Source: Octopus sinensis
Lineage: Eukaryota
Length of the DNA stretch: 64,000 nucleotides
Assembly (NCBI RefSeq): GCF_006345805.1
Contig: NC_043003.1
Coordinates: 40,920,001-40,984,000 of the forward strand
Direction of reading: 5' to 3'
Of the stretch, positions 63,572-64,000 are shown piece after piece (positions within the stretch are counted from its first letter, which is position 1; each line of letters starts with the position of its first letter). Position numbers and translations under genes: made by a program. The notes under the pieces were generated by a model. That model saw only the letters and a program-made list of their open reading frames with translations, ran no database searches and was not told the origin of the DNA.

Positions 63572-64000
63572 GGAAACATGGCAAGGCTTATTTTGTTGCT
63601 AATTCGTAATTTTGTCCAAGACTTCTTATGCAGAAAAAGACCTATAGAGGTACAGTTGCTATTTCTGGAAACATAGTGGACCAGGTAGAGCTTCGAGTTA
63701 TGGCTCGTAGTTATTGATGTTGTTCTCGTTCGGAATATTCGCAACGCCAGATACCTTCTTTCTAATAAAGTCAATGTTATTATTGTTGCCGCTGAATCCC
63801 AGGTTAGCCCTGATTAAACAACGCTAAAAACAAAATTGTTCCTTTCGTGGCCATAGAAATTTTCTGATATTGAAATATCCTATAGTATATTATCCAATCT
63901 AGTTTTATATTATATTTTATTTCATCCTTGAAGTTATATTGGAAAATAATTTTGACTTCTATTTCTAACATGTCGAGCGGCCAAATATTAGTTGCCCTAC

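Noticed and set aside
63570-63790. Possible mariner C-terminal remnant on the minus strand
   Set aside because: Only scattered residues match.

Overview
This is AT-rich eukaryotic non-genic or intronic DNA, very probably from an octopus. That is an inference from the abundant cephalopod-type tRNA-derived SINEs and the extreme (TA)n/(CA)n/(TATG)n/(TATC)n density. Almost all ORFs in the supplied track are microsatellite artefacts. Supportable content: three intact and two decayed initiator tRNA-Met genes; more than 20 SINE copies from three families; decayed RTE, CR1-like and L1/Tx1-like LINEs; Tc1, mariner, DD37D, Tc2-type and Merlin-type DNA transposons; Helitron-like elements; Penelope-like (PLE) GIY-YIG remnants; and one plausible 168-nt coding exon. 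The main hidden signal is a set of type I hammerhead ribozyme (HHR) motifs carried by ORF-less PLE/retrozyme-like elements. These include a ~490-bp tandem array with one HHR per monomer and a 5' inversion, two U3-A8 compensated cores, and an A6U plus extra-A minimal family. Several foldback elements share this architecture. Other notable items are two independent Merlin-type MITE insertions beside tRNA genes, a 34-bp minisatellite amplified from a SINE domain, and a 2.1-kb GACGTTAAAT satellite that flips orientation. All folds and alignments were done by eye. Single-base differences may be long-read errors.
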